Under the pieces are notes generated by a model. The model saw nothing but the letters and a program-made list of their open reading frames with translations, was not told where the DNA came from and did not search any database. A stretch of 64,000 bases of DNA, from the NCBI GenBank assembly GCA_964057225.1, contig OZ059895.1:20708001-20772000 (forward strand), in the 5' to 3' direction. The position numbers and the translations under genes are program-made. Numbering within the stretch: the first letter of the stretch is position 1; every line of letters starts with the position of its first letter. The stretch is from Auanema rhodensis (taxonomy: Eukaryota > Animalia > Nematoda). Of this stretch, positions 1 through 13,400 are shown one piece after another.

Positions 1-3000
1 GCTAAATTATTTTGAAATTTTTCGAAAAAATTTTTGTCAAAATGTTTTTGGAAGCAATGTTGAGTGTACATGGAAACTCAACATACACTAATGCATCATT
101 TTTCAAACGATCATAACTAATTTTTGTATTAAGCGTTTCTCAATGTAGTATAGTGAATTCGATGCGGATTTTTAAGCTGCGTCGATCTGTGTTATCAGAT
201 TTGCGCTAGCTTAAAAATGCACCGAGATATCAACTGATATAAGTTCACACTTATATCCTCGATTTTCACCCTGAAGAATTAATTTTTTCGTTGAATAACA
301 TTGTCCATCGTCTTTGCCTTGAAAAAAAAAATCTGAAAACATCTACTTTTTGCTAAATTATTTTGAAATTTTTCGAAAAAATTTTTGTCAAAATGTTTTT
401 GGAAGCAATGTTGAGTGTACATGGAAACTCAACATACACTAATGCATCATTTTTCAAACGATCATAACTAATTTTTGTATTAAGCGTTTCTCAATGTAGT
501 ATAGTGCATTCGATGCGGATTTTTAAGCTGCGTCGATCTGTGTTATCAGATTTGCGCTAGCTTAAAAATGCACCGAGATATCAACTGATATAAGTTCACA
601 CTTATATCCTCGATTTTCACCCTGAAGAATTAATTTTTTCGTTGAATAACAATGTCCATCGTCTTTGCCTTGAAAAAAGGAATCTAAAAACATCTACTTT
701 TTGCTAAATTATTCTGAAATTTTTCGAAAAAATTTTTGTCAAAATGTTTTTGGAAGCAATGTTGAGTGTACATGGAAACTCAACATACACTAATGCATCA
801 TTTTTCAAACGATCATAACTAATTTTTGTATTAAGCGTTTCTCAATGTAGTATAGTGCATTCGATGCGGATTTTTAAGCTGCGTCGATCTGTGTTATCAG
901 ATTTGCGCTAGCTTAAAAATGCACCGAGATATCAACTGATATAAGTTCACACTTATATCCTCGATTTTCACCCTGAAGAATTAAATTTTTCGTTGAATAA
1001 CATTGTCCATCGTCTTTGCCTTGAAAAAAAAAATCTGAAAACATCTACTTTTTGCTAAATTATTTTGAAATTTTTCGAAAAAATTTTTGTCAAAATGTTT
1101 TTGGAAGCAATGTTGAGTGTACATGGAAACTCAACATACACTAATGCATCATTTTTCAAACGATCATAACTAATTTTTGTATTAAGCGTTTCTCAATGTA
1201 GTATAGTGCATTCGATGCGGATTTTTAAGCTGCGTCGATCTGTGTTATCAGATTTGCGCTAGCTTAAAAATGCACCGAGATATCAACTGATATAAGTTCA
1301 CACTTATATCCTCGATTTTCACCCTGAAGAATTAATTTTTTCGTTGAATAACAATGTCCATCGTCTTCGCCTTGAAAAAAGGAATCTAAAAACATCTACT
1401 TTTCGCTAAATTATTTTGAAATTTTTCGAAAAAATTTTTGTCAAAATGTTTTTGGAAGCAATGTTGAGTGTACATGGAAACTCAACATACACTAATGCAT
1501 CATTTTTCAAACGATCATAACTAATTTTTGTATTAAGCGTTTCTCAATGTAGTATAGTGAATTCGATGCGGATTTTTAAGCTGCGTCGATCTGTGTTATC
1601 AGATTTGCGCTAGCTTAAAAATGCACCGAGATATCAACTGATATAAGTTCACACTTATATCCTCGATTTTCACCCTGAAGAATTAATTTTTTCGTTGAAT
1701 AACAATGTCCATCGTCTTCGCCTTGAAAAAAGGAATCTAAAAACATCTACTTTTTGCTAAATTATTTTGAAATTTTTCGAAAAAATTTTTGTCAAAATGT
1801 TTTTGGAAGCAATGTTGAGTGTACATGGAAACTCAACATACACTAATGCATCATTTTTCGAACGATCATAACTAATTTTTGTATTAAGTGTTTCTCAATG
1901 TAGTATAGTGCATTCGATGCGGATTTTTAAGCTGCGTCGATCTGTGTTATCAGATTTGCGCTAGCTTAAAAATGCACCGAGATATCAACTGATATAAGTT
2001 CACACTTATATCCTCGATTTTCACCCTGAAGAATTAATTTTTTCGTTGAATAACAATGTCCATCGTCTTCGCCTTGAAAAAAGGAATCTAAAAACATCTA
2101 CTTTTTGCTAAATTATTTTGAAATTTTTCGAAAAAATTTTTGTCAAAATGTTTTTGGAAGCAATGTTGAGTGTACATGGAAACTCAACATACACTAATGC
2201 ATCATTTTTCAAACGATCATAACTAATTTTTGTATTAAGCGTTTCTCAATGTAGTATAGTGCATTCGATGCGGATTTTTAAGCTGCGTCGATCTGTGTTA
2301 TCAGATTTGCGCTAGCTTAAAAATGCACCGAGATATCAACTGATATAAGTTTACACTTATATCCTCGATTTTCACCCTGAAGAATTAATTTTTTCGTTGA
2401 ATAACAATGTCCATCGTCTTCGCCTTGAAAAAAGGAATCTAAAAACATCTACTTTTTGCTAAATTATTTTGAAATTTTTCGAAAAAATTTTTGTCAAAAT
2501 TTTTTTGGAAGCAATGTTGAGTGTACATGGAAACTCAACATACACTAATGCATCATTTTTCGAACGATCATAACTAATTTTTGTATTAAGCGTTTCTCAA
2601 TGTAGTATAGTGCATTCGATGCGGATTTTTAAGCTGCGTCGATCTGTGTTATCAGATTTGCGCTAGCTTAAAAATGCACCGAGATATCAACTGATATAAG
2701 TTCACACTTATATCCTCGATTTTCACCCTGAAGAATTAATTTTTTCGTTGAATAACATCGTCCATCGTCTTCGCCTTGAAAAAAGGAATCTAAAAACATC
2801 TACTTTTTGCTAAATTATTTTGAAATTTTTCGAAAAAATTTTTGTCAAAATGTTTTTGGAAGCAATGTTGAGTGTACATGGAAACTCAACATACACTAAT
2901 GCATCATTTTTCAAACGATCATAACTAATTTTTGTATTAAGTGTTTCTCAATGTAGTATAGTGCATTCGATGCGGATTTTTAAGCTGCGTCGATCTGTGT

Positions 3001-6000
3001 TATCAGATTTGCGCTAGCTTAAAAATGCACCGAGATATCAACTGATATAAGTTCACACTTATATCCTCGATTTTCACCCTGAAGAATTAATTTTTTCGTT
3101 GAATAACAATGTCCATCGTCTTCGCCTTGAAAAAAGGAATCTAAAAACATCTACTTTTTGCTAAATTATTTTGAAATTTTTCGAAAAAATTTTTGTCAAA
3201 ATGTTTTTGGAAGCAATGTTGAGTGTACATGGAAACTCAACATACACTAATGCATCATTTTTCAAACGATCATAACTAATTTTTGTATTAAGCGTTTCTC
3301 AATGTAGTATAGTGCATTCGATGCGGATTTTTAAGCTGCGTCGATCTGTGTTATCAGATTTGCGCTAGCTTAAAAATGCACCGAGATATCAACTGATATA
3401 AGTTCACACTTATATCCTCGATTTTCACCCTGAAGAATTAATTTTTTCGTTGAATAACAATGTCCATCGTCTTCGCCTTGAAAAAAGGAATCTAAAAACA
3501 TCTACTTTTCGCTAAATTATTTTGAAATTTTTCGAAAAAATTTTTGTCAAAATGTTTTTGGAAGCAATGTTGAGTGTACATGGAAACTCAACATACACTA
3601 ATGCATCATTTTTCAAACGATCATAACTAATTTTTGTATTAAGCGTTTCTCAATGTAGTATAGTGCATTCGATGCGGATTTTTAAGCTGCGTCGATCTGT
3701 GTTATCAGATTTGTGCTAGCTTAAAAATGCACCGAGATATCAACTGATATAAGTTCACACTTATATCCTCGATTTTCACCCTGAAGAATTAATTTTTTCG
3801 TTGAATAACAATGTCCATCGTCTTTGCCTTGAAAAAAGGAATCTAAAAACATCTACTTTTTGCTAAATTATTCTGAAATTTTTCGAAAAAATTTTTGTCA
3901 AAATGTTTTTGGAAGCAATGTTGAGTGTACATGGAAACTCAACATACACTAATGCATCATTTTTCAAACGATCATAACTAATTTTTGTATTAAGCGTTTC
4001 TCAATGTAGTATAGTGCATTCGATGCGGATTTTTAAGCTGCGTCGATCTGTGTTATCAGATTTGCGCTAGCTTAAAAATGCACCGAGATATCAACTGATA
4101 TAAGTTCACACTTATATCCTCGATTTTCACCCTGAAGAATTAATTTTTTCGTTGAATAACAATGTCCATCGTCTTCGCCTTGAAAAAAGGAATCTAAAAA
4201 CATCTACGTTTCGCTAAATTATTTTGAAATTTTTCGAAAAAATTTTTGTCAAAATGTTTTTGGAAGCAATGTTGAGTGTACATGGAAACTCAACATACAC
4301 TAATGCATCATTTTTCAAACGATCATAACTAATTTTTGTATTAAGCGTTTCTCAATGTAGTATAGTGCATTCGATGCGGATTTTTAAGCTGCGTCGATCT
4401 GTGTTATCAGATTTGCGCTAGCTTAAAAATGCACCGAGATATCAACTGATATAAGTTCACACTTATATCCTCGATTTTCACCCTGAAGAATTAATTTTTT
4501 CGTTGAATAACATTGTCCATCGTCTTTGCCTTGAAAAAAAAAATCTGAAAACATCTACTTTTTGCTAAATTATTTTGAAATTTTTCGAAAAAATTTTTGT
4601 CAAAATGTTTTTGGAAGCAATGTTGAGTGTACATGGAAACTCAACATACACTAATGCATCATTTTTCAAACGATCATAACTAATTTTTGTATTAAGTGTT
4701 TCTCAATGTAGTATAGTGCATTCGATGCGGATTTTTAAGCTGCGTCGATCTGTGTTATCAGATTTGCGCTAGCTTAAAAATGCACCGAGATATCAACTGA
4801 TATAAGTTCACACTTATATCCTCGATTTTCACCCTGAAGAATTAAATTTTTCGTTGAATAACATTGTCCATCGTCTTTGCCTTGAAAAAAAAAATCTGAA
4901 AACATCTACTTTTTGCTAAATTATTTTGAAATTTTTCGAAAAAATTTTTGTCAAAATGTTTTTGGAAGCAATGTTGAGTGTACATGGAAACTCAACATAC
5001 ACTAATGCATCATTTTTCAAACGATCATAACTAATTTTTGTATTAAGCGTTTCTCAATGTAGTATAGTGCATTCGATGCGGATTTTTAAGCTGCGTCGAT
5101 CTGTGTTATCAGATTTGCGCTAGCTTAAAAATGCACCGAGATATCAACTGATATAAGTTCACACTTATATCCTCGATTTTCACCCTGAAGAATTAATTTT
5201 TTCGTTGAATAACAATGTCCATCGTCTTCGCCTTGAAAAAAGGAATCTAAAAACATCTACTTTTCGCTAAATTATTTTGAAATTTTTCGAAAAAATTTTT
5301 GTCAAAATGTTTTTGGAAGCAATGTTGAGTGTACATGGAAACTCAACATACACTAATGCATCATTTTTCAAACGATCATAACTAATTTTTGTATTAAGCG
5401 TTTCTCAATGTAGTATAGTGAATTCGATGCGGATTTTTAAGCTGCGTCGATCTGTGTTATCAGATTTGCGCTAGCTTAAAAATGCACCGAGATATCAACT
5501 GATATAAGTTCACACTTATATCCTCGATTTTCACCCTGAAGAATTAATTTTTTCGTTGAATAACAATGTCCATCGTCTTCGCCTTGAAAAAAGGAATCTA
5601 AAAACATCTACTTTTTGCTAAATTATTTTGAAATTTTTCGAAAAAATTTTTGTCAAAATGTTTTTGGAAGCAATGTTGAGTGTACATGGAAACTCAACAT
5701 ACACTAATGCATCATTTTTCGAACGATCATAACTAATTTTTGTATTAAGTGTTTCTCAATGTAGTATAGTGCATTCGATGCGGATTTTTAAGCTGCGTCG
5801 ATCTGTGTTATCAGATTTGCGCTAGCTTAAAAATGCACCGAGATATCAACTGATATAAGTTCACACTTATATCCTCGATTTTCACCCTGAAGAATTAATT
5901 TTTTCGTTGAATAACAATGTCCATCGTCTTCGCCTTGAAAAAAGGAATCTAAAAACATCTACTTTTTGCTAAATTATTTTGAAATTTTTCGAAAAAATTT

Positions 6001-9000
6001 TTGTCAAAATGTTTTTGGAAGCAATGTTGAGTGTACATGGAAACTCAACATACACTAATGCATCATTTTTCAAACGATCATAACTAATTTTTGTATTAAG
6101 CGTTTCTCAATGTAGTATAGTGCATTCGATGCGGATTTTTAAGCTGCGTCGATCTGTGTTATCAGATTTGCGCTAGCTTAAAAATGCACCGAGATATCAA
6201 CTGATATAAGTTTACACTTATATCCTCGATTTTCACCCTGAAGAATTAATTTTTTCGTTGAATAACAATGTCCATCGTCTTCGCCTTGAAAAAAGGAATC
6301 TAAAAACATCTACTTTTTGCTAAATTATTTTGAAATTTTTCGAAAAAATTTTTGTCAAAATTTTTTTGGAAGCAATGTTGAGTGTACATGGAAACTCAAC
6401 ATACACTAATGCATCATTTTTCGAACGATCATAACTAATTTTTGTATTAAGCGTTTCTCAATGTAGTATAGTGCATTCGATGCGGATTTTTAAGCTGCGT
6501 CGATCTGTGTTATCAGATTTGCGCTAGCTTAAAAATGCACCGAGATATCAACTGATATAAGTTCACACTTATATCCTCGATTTTCACCCTGAAGAATTAA
6601 TTTTTTCGTTGAATAACATCGTCCATCGTCTTCGCCTTGAAAAAAGGAATCTAAAAACATCTACTTTTTGCTAAATTATTTTGAAATTTTTCGAAAAAAT
6701 TTTTGTCAAAATGTTTTTGGAAGCAATGTTGAGTGTACATGGAAACTCAACATACACTAATGCATCATTTTTCAAACGATCATAACTAATTTTTGTATTA
6801 AGTGTTTCTCAATGTAGTATAGTGCATTCGATGCGGATTTTTAAGCTGCGTCGATCTGTGTTATCAGATTTGCGCTAGCTTAAAAATGCACCGAGATATC
6901 AACTGATATAAGTTCACACTTATATCCTCGATTTTCACCCTGAAGAATTAATTTTTTCGTTGAATAACAATGTCCATCGTCTTCGCCTTGAAAAAAGGAA
7001 TCTAAAAACATCTACTTTTTGCTAAATTATTTTGAAATTTTTCGAAAAAATTTTTGTCAAAATGTTTTTGGAAGCAATGTTGAGTGTACATGGAAACTCA
7101 ACATACACTAATGCATCATTTTTCAAACGATCATAACTAATTTTTGTATTAAGCGTTTCTCAATGTAGTATAGTGCATTCGATGCGGATTTTTAAGCTGC
7201 GTCGATCTGTGTTATCAGATTTGCGCTAGCTTAAAAATGCACCGAGATATCAACTGATATAAGTTCACACTTATATCCTCGATTTTCACCCTGAAGAATT
7301 AATTTTTTCGTTGAATAACAATGTCCATCGTCTTCGCCTTGAAAAAAGGAATCTAAAAACATCTACTTTTCGCTAAATTATTTTGAAATTTTTCGAAAAA
7401 ATTTTTGTCAAAATGTTTTTGGAAGCAATGTTGAGTGTACATGGAAACTCAACATACACTAATGCATCATTTTTCAAACGATCATAACTAATTTTTGTAT
7501 TAAGCGTTTCTCAATGTAGTATAGTGCATTCGATGCGGATTTTTAAGCTGCGTCGATCTGTGTTATCAGATTTGTGCTAGCTTAAAAATGCACCGAGATA
7601 TCAACTGATATAAGTTCACACTTATATCCTCGATTTTCACCCTGAAGAATTAATTTTTTCGTTGAATAACAATGTCCATCGTCTTTGCCTTGAAAAAAGG
7701 AATCTAAAAACATCTACTTTTTGCTAAATTATTCTGAAATTTTTCGAAAAAATTTTTGTCAAAATGTTTTTGGAAGCAATGTTGAGTGTACATGGAAACT
7801 CAACATACACTAATGCATCATTTTTCAAACGATCATAACTAATTTTTGTATTAAGCGTTTCTCAATGTAGTATAGTGCATTCGATGCGGATTTTTAAGCT
7901 GCGTCGATCTGTGTTATCAGATTTGCGCTAGCTTAAAAATGCACCGAGATATCAACTGATATAAGTTCACACTTATATCCTCGATTTTCACCCTGAAGAA
8001 TTAATTTTTTCGTTGAATAACAATGTCCATCGTCTTCGCCTTGAAAAAAGGAATCTAAAAACATCTACGTTTCGCTAAATTATTTTGAAATTTTTCGAAA
8101 AAATTTTTGTCAAAATGTTTTTGGAAGCAATGTTGAGTGTACATGGAAACTCAACATACACTAATGCATCATTTTTCAAACGATCATAACTAATTTTTGT
8201 ATTAAGCGTTTCTCAATGTAGTATAGTGCATTCGATGCGGATTTTTAAGCTGCGTCGATCTGTGTTATCAGATTTGCGCTAGCTTAAAAATGCACCGAGA
8301 TATCAACTGATATAAGTTCACACTTATATCCTCGATTTTCACCCTGAAGAATTAATTTTTTCGTTGAATAACATTGTCCATCGTCTTTGCCTTGAAAAAA
8401 AAAATCTGAAAACATCTACTTTTTGCTAAATTATTTTGAAATTTTTCGAAAAAATTTTTGTCAAAATGTTTTTGGAAGCAATGTTGAGTGTACATGGAAA
8501 CTCAACATACACTAATGCATCATTTTTCAAACGATCATAACTAATTTTTGTATTAAGCGTTTCTCAATGTAGTATAGTGCATTCGATGCGGATTTTTAAG
8601 CTGCGTCGATCTGTGTTATCAGATTTGCGCTAGCTTAAAAATGCACCGAGATATCAACTGATATAAGTTCACACTTATATCCTCGATTTTCACCCTGAAG
8701 AATTAATTTTTTCGTTGAATAACAATGTCCATCGTCTTCGCCTTGAAAAAAGGAATCTAAAAACATCTACTTTTCGCTAAATTATTTTGAAATTTTTCGA
8801 AAAAATTTTTGTCAAAATGTTTTTGGAAGCAATGTTGAGTGTACATGGAAACTCAACATACACTAATGCATCATTTTTCAAACGATCATAACTAATTTTT
8901 GTATTAAGCGTTTCTCAATGTAGTATAGTGAATTCGATGCGGATTTTTAAGCTGCGTCGATCTGTGTTATCAGATTTGCGCTAGCTTAAAAATGCACCGA

Positions 9001-10403
9001 GATATCAACTGATATAAGTTCACACTTATATCCTCGATTTTCACCCTGAAGAATTAATTTTTTCGTTGAATAACAATGTCCATCGTCTTCGCCTTGAAAA
9101 AAGGAATCTAAAAACATCTACTTTTTGCTAAATTATTTTGAAATTTTTCGAAAAAATTTTTGTCAAAATGTTTTTGGAAGCAATGTTGAGTGTACATGGA
9201 AACTCAACATACACTAATGCATCATTTTTCGAACGATCATAACTAATTTTTGTATTAAGCGTTTCTCAATGTAGTATAGTGCATTCGATGCGGATTTTTA
9301 AGCTGCGTCGATCTGTGTTATCAGATTTGCGCTAGCTTAAAAATGCACCGAGATATCAACTGATATAAGTTCACACTTATATCCTCGATTTTCACCCTGA
9401 AGAATTAATTTTTTCGTTGAATAACAATGTCCATCGTCTTCGCCTTGAAAAAAGGAATCTAAAAACATCTACTTTTTGCTAAATTATTTTGAAATTTTTC
9501 GAAAAAATTTTTGTCAAAATGTTTTTGGAAGCAATGTTGAGTGTACATGGAAACTCAACATACACTAATGCATCATTTTTCAAACGATCATAACTAATTT
9601 TTGTATTAAGCGTTTCTCAATGTAGTATAGTGCATTCGATGCGGATTTTTAAGCTGCGTCGATCTGTGTTATCAGATTTGCGCTAGCTTAAAAATGCACC
9701 GAGATATCAACTGATATAAGTTCACACTTATATCCTCGATTTTCACCCTGAAGAATTAATTTTTTCGTTGAATAACATCGTCCATCGTCTTCGCCTTGAA
9801 AAAAGGAATCTAAAAACATCTACTTTTTGCTAAATTATTTTGAAATTTTTCGAAAAAATTTTTGTCAAAATGTTTTTGGAAGCAATGTTGAGTGTACATG
9901 GAAACTCAACATACACTAATGCATCATTTTTCAAACGATCATAACTAATTTTTGTATTAAGTGTTTCTCAATGTAGTATAGTGCATTCGATGCGGATTTT
10001 TAAGCTGCGTCGATCTGTGTTATCAGATTTGCGCTAGCTTAAAAATGCACCGAGATATCAACTGATATAAGTTCACACTTATATCCTCGATTTTCACCCT
10101 GAAGAATTAATTTTTTCGTTGAATAACAATGTCCATCGTCTTCGCCTTGAAAAAAGGAATCTAAAAACATCTACTTTTCGCTAAATTATTTTGAAATTTT
10201 TCGAAAAAATTTTTGTCAAAATGTTTTTGGAAGCAATGTTGAGTGTACATGGAAACTCAACATACACTAATGCATCATTTTTCAAACGATCATAACTAAT
10301 TTTTGTATTAAGTGTTTCTCAATGTAGTATAGTGCATTCGATGCGGATTTTTAAGCTGCGTCGATCTGTGTTATCAGATTTGCGCTAGCTTAAAAATGCA
10401 CCG
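1..10403 (+). repeat. SatA: tandem satellite with a 351-bp monomer, ~29.6 near-identical copies; runs off the left edge of the window
   Basis: gctaaattat recurs at 1, 352, 703, 1054 ... 9829, 10180, an exact 351-bp period with only scattered substitutions. The last copy is truncated after ...aaaaatgcaccg (monomer position 224). Confidence 0.98.
840..8555 (+). repeat. Tandem duplication of an 11-monomer (3861-bp) block inside SatA
   Basis: Private variants recur exactly 3861 bp apart: aagtttacac 2352/6213, ttgtgctag 3714/7575, ctacgtt 4208/8069, gaattc 1559/5420, ttaaattt ~984/~4845. Boundaries are approximate. Confidence 0.9.
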
Positions 10404-10410
10404 TTTTTTT
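10404..10410. other. SatA/SatB junction with oligo-T filler
   Basis: Sequence reads ...aatgcaccg|ttttttt|ttgtttcttgtaat. SatA normally continues ccgagat and SatB is normally preceded by aatttca. Confidence 0.85.
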
Positions 10411-13400
10411 TTGTTTCTTGTAATATTGGATTTGATTATTGCTTCGTTTATTTTGAGATTTTGCTTCTGCATAGCTTCAGTGCTCTAGCTGGTTTTCCAT
10501 TTTTATGAGATTTTTCATCATCTTACAACAAATTCATTTAAATCTAACATGAATTATTTTTTCGTTTTAAAAAGCATTGAATTTCATTGTTTCTTGTAAT
10601 ATTGGATTTGATTATTGCTTCGTTTGTTTTAAGATTTTTGCTTCTGCATAGCTTCAGTTTGCTGCTTTAGCTGGTTTTCACTTTTTATGAGATTTTTCAT
10701 CATCTTACAACAAATTCATTTAAATCTAACATGAATTATTTTTTCGTTTTAAAAAGCATTGAATTTCAGTGTTTCTTGTAATATCGGATTTGATTATTGC
10801 TTTGTTAGCTTTAAGATTTTTGCTACTACATGTGCTGTGTTTACTGCTCTAGCTGGTTTTCACTTTTTATGAGATTTTTCATCATCTTACAACAAATTCA
10901 TTTAAATCTAACATGAATTATTTTTTCGTTTTAAAAAGCATTGAATTTCAGTGTTTCTTGTAATATCGGATTTGATTATTGCTTTGTTAGCTTTAAGATT
11001 TTTGCTACTACATGTGCTGTGTTTACTGCTCTAGCTGGTTTTCACTTTTTATGAGATTTTTCATCATCTTACAACAAATTCATTTAAATCTAACATGAAT
11101 TATTTTTTCGTTTGAAAAAGCATTGAATTTCATTGTTTCTTGTAATATTGGATTTGATTATTGCTTTGTTAGCTTTAAAATTTTTGCTACTACATGTCCT
11201 GTGTTTACTGCTCTAGCTGGTTTTCCATTTTTATGAGATTTTTCATCATCTTACAACAAATTCATTTGAATCTAATATGAATTATTTTTTCGTTTTAAAA
11301 AGCATTGAATTTCATTGTTTCTTGTAATATTGGATTTGATTATTGCTTTGTTAGCTTTAAAATTTTTGCTACTACATGTCCTGTGTTTACTGCTCTAGCT
11401 GGTTTTCACTTTTTATGAGATTTTTCATCATCTTACAACAAATTCATTTAAATCTAACATGAATTACTTTTTCGTTTTAAAAAGCATTGAATTTCATTGT
11501 TTCTTGTAATATTGGATTTGATTATTGCTTTGTTTGTTTTAAGATTTTGCTTCTGCATAGCTTCAGTGCTCTAGCTGGTTTTCACTTTTTATGAGATTTT
11601 TCATCATCTTACAACAAATTCATTTAAATCTAACATGAATTATTTTTTCGTTTTAAAAAGCATTGAATTTCATTGTTTCTTGTAATATTGGATTTGATTA
11701 TTGCTTCGTTTGTTTTAAGATTTTGCTTCTGCATAGCTTTAGTGCTCTAGCTGGTTTTCACTTTTTATGAGATTTTTCATCATCTTACAACAAATTCATT
11801 TAAATCTAACATGAATTATTTTTTCGTTTTAAAAAGCATTGAATTTTATTGTTTCTTGTAATATTGGATTTGATTATTGCTTCGTTTGTTTTAAGATTTT
11901 GCTTCTGCATGTCCTGTGTTTACTGCTCTAGCTGGTTTTCACTTTTTATGAGATTTTTCATCATCTTACAACAAATTCATTTAAATCTAACATGAATTAT
12001 TTTTTCGTTTTAAAAAGCATTGAATTTCATTTTTTCTTGTAATATTGGATTTGATTATTGCTTCGTTTGTTTTAAGATTTTGCTTCTGCATAGCTTCAGT
12101 GCTCTAGCTGGTTTTCCATTTTTATGAGATTTTTCATCATCTTACAAGAAATTCAATTGAATCTAACATGAATTATTTTTTCGTTTTAAAAAGCACTGAA
12201 TTTCATTGTTTCTTGTAATATTGGATTTGATTATTGCTTTGTTAGTTTTAAGATTTTTGCTACTACATGTGCTGTGTTTACTGCTCTAGCTGGTTTTCAC
12301 TTTTTATGAGATTTTTCATCATCTTACAACAAATTCATTTGAATCTAATATGAATTATTTCTTCGTTTTAAAAAGCATTGAATTTCATTGTTTCTTGTAA
12401 TATTGGATTTGATTATTGCTTCGTTTATTTTGAGATTTTGCTTCTGCATAGCTTCAGTGCTCTAGCTGGTTTTCCATTTTTATGAGATTTTTCATCATCT
12501 TACAACAAATTCATTTAAATCTAACATGAATTATTTTTTCGTTTTAAAAAGCATTGAATTTCATTGTTTCTTGTAATATTGGATTTGATTATTGCTTCGT
12601 TTGTTTTAAGATTTTTGCTTCTGCATAGCTTCAGTTTGCTGCTTTAGCTGGTTTTCACTTTTTATGAGATTTTTCATCATCTTACAACAAATTCATTTAA
12701 ATCTAACATGAATTATTTTTTCGTTTTAAAAAACATTGAATTTCAGTGTTTCTTGTAATATCGGATTTGATTATTGCTTTGTTAGCTTTAAGATTTTTGC
12801 TACTACATGTGCTGTGTTTACTGCTCTAGCTGGTTTTCCATTTTTATGAGATTTTTCATCATCTTACAACAAATTCATTTAAATCTAACATGAATTATTT
12901 TTTCGTTTTAAAAAGCATTGAATTTCATTGTTTCTTGTAATATTGGATTTGATTATTGCTTCGTTTGTTTTAAGATTTTTGCTTCTGCATAGCTTCAGTT
13001 TGCTGCTTTAGCTGGTTTTCACTTTTTATGAGATTTTTCATCATCTTACAACAAATTCATTTAAATCTAACATGAATTATTTTTTGTTTTAAAAAGCATT
13101 GAATTTCAGTGTTTCTTGTAATATCGGATTTGATTATTGCTTTGTTAGCTTTAAGATTTTTGCTACTACATGTGCTGTGTTTACTGCTCTAGCTGGTTTT
13201 CACTTTTTATGAGATTTTTCATCATCTTACAACAAATTCATTTGAATCTAATATGAATTATTTTTTCGTTTTAAAAAGCATTGAATTTCATTGTTTCTTG
13301 TAATATTGGATTTGATTATTGCTTCGTTTATTTTGAGATTTTGCTTCTGCATAGCTTCAGTGCTCTAGCTGGTTTTCCATTTTTATGAGATTTTTCATCA

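Noticed and set aside
283-303. Canonical CENP-B box
   Set aside because: Only TTCGnnnnA is present and the essential CGGG is missing in all three families.
1-351. SatA as a diverged dimer of a 176-bp unit
   Set aside because: I could see no similarity between the two halves at an offset of ~175. Only the length fits.
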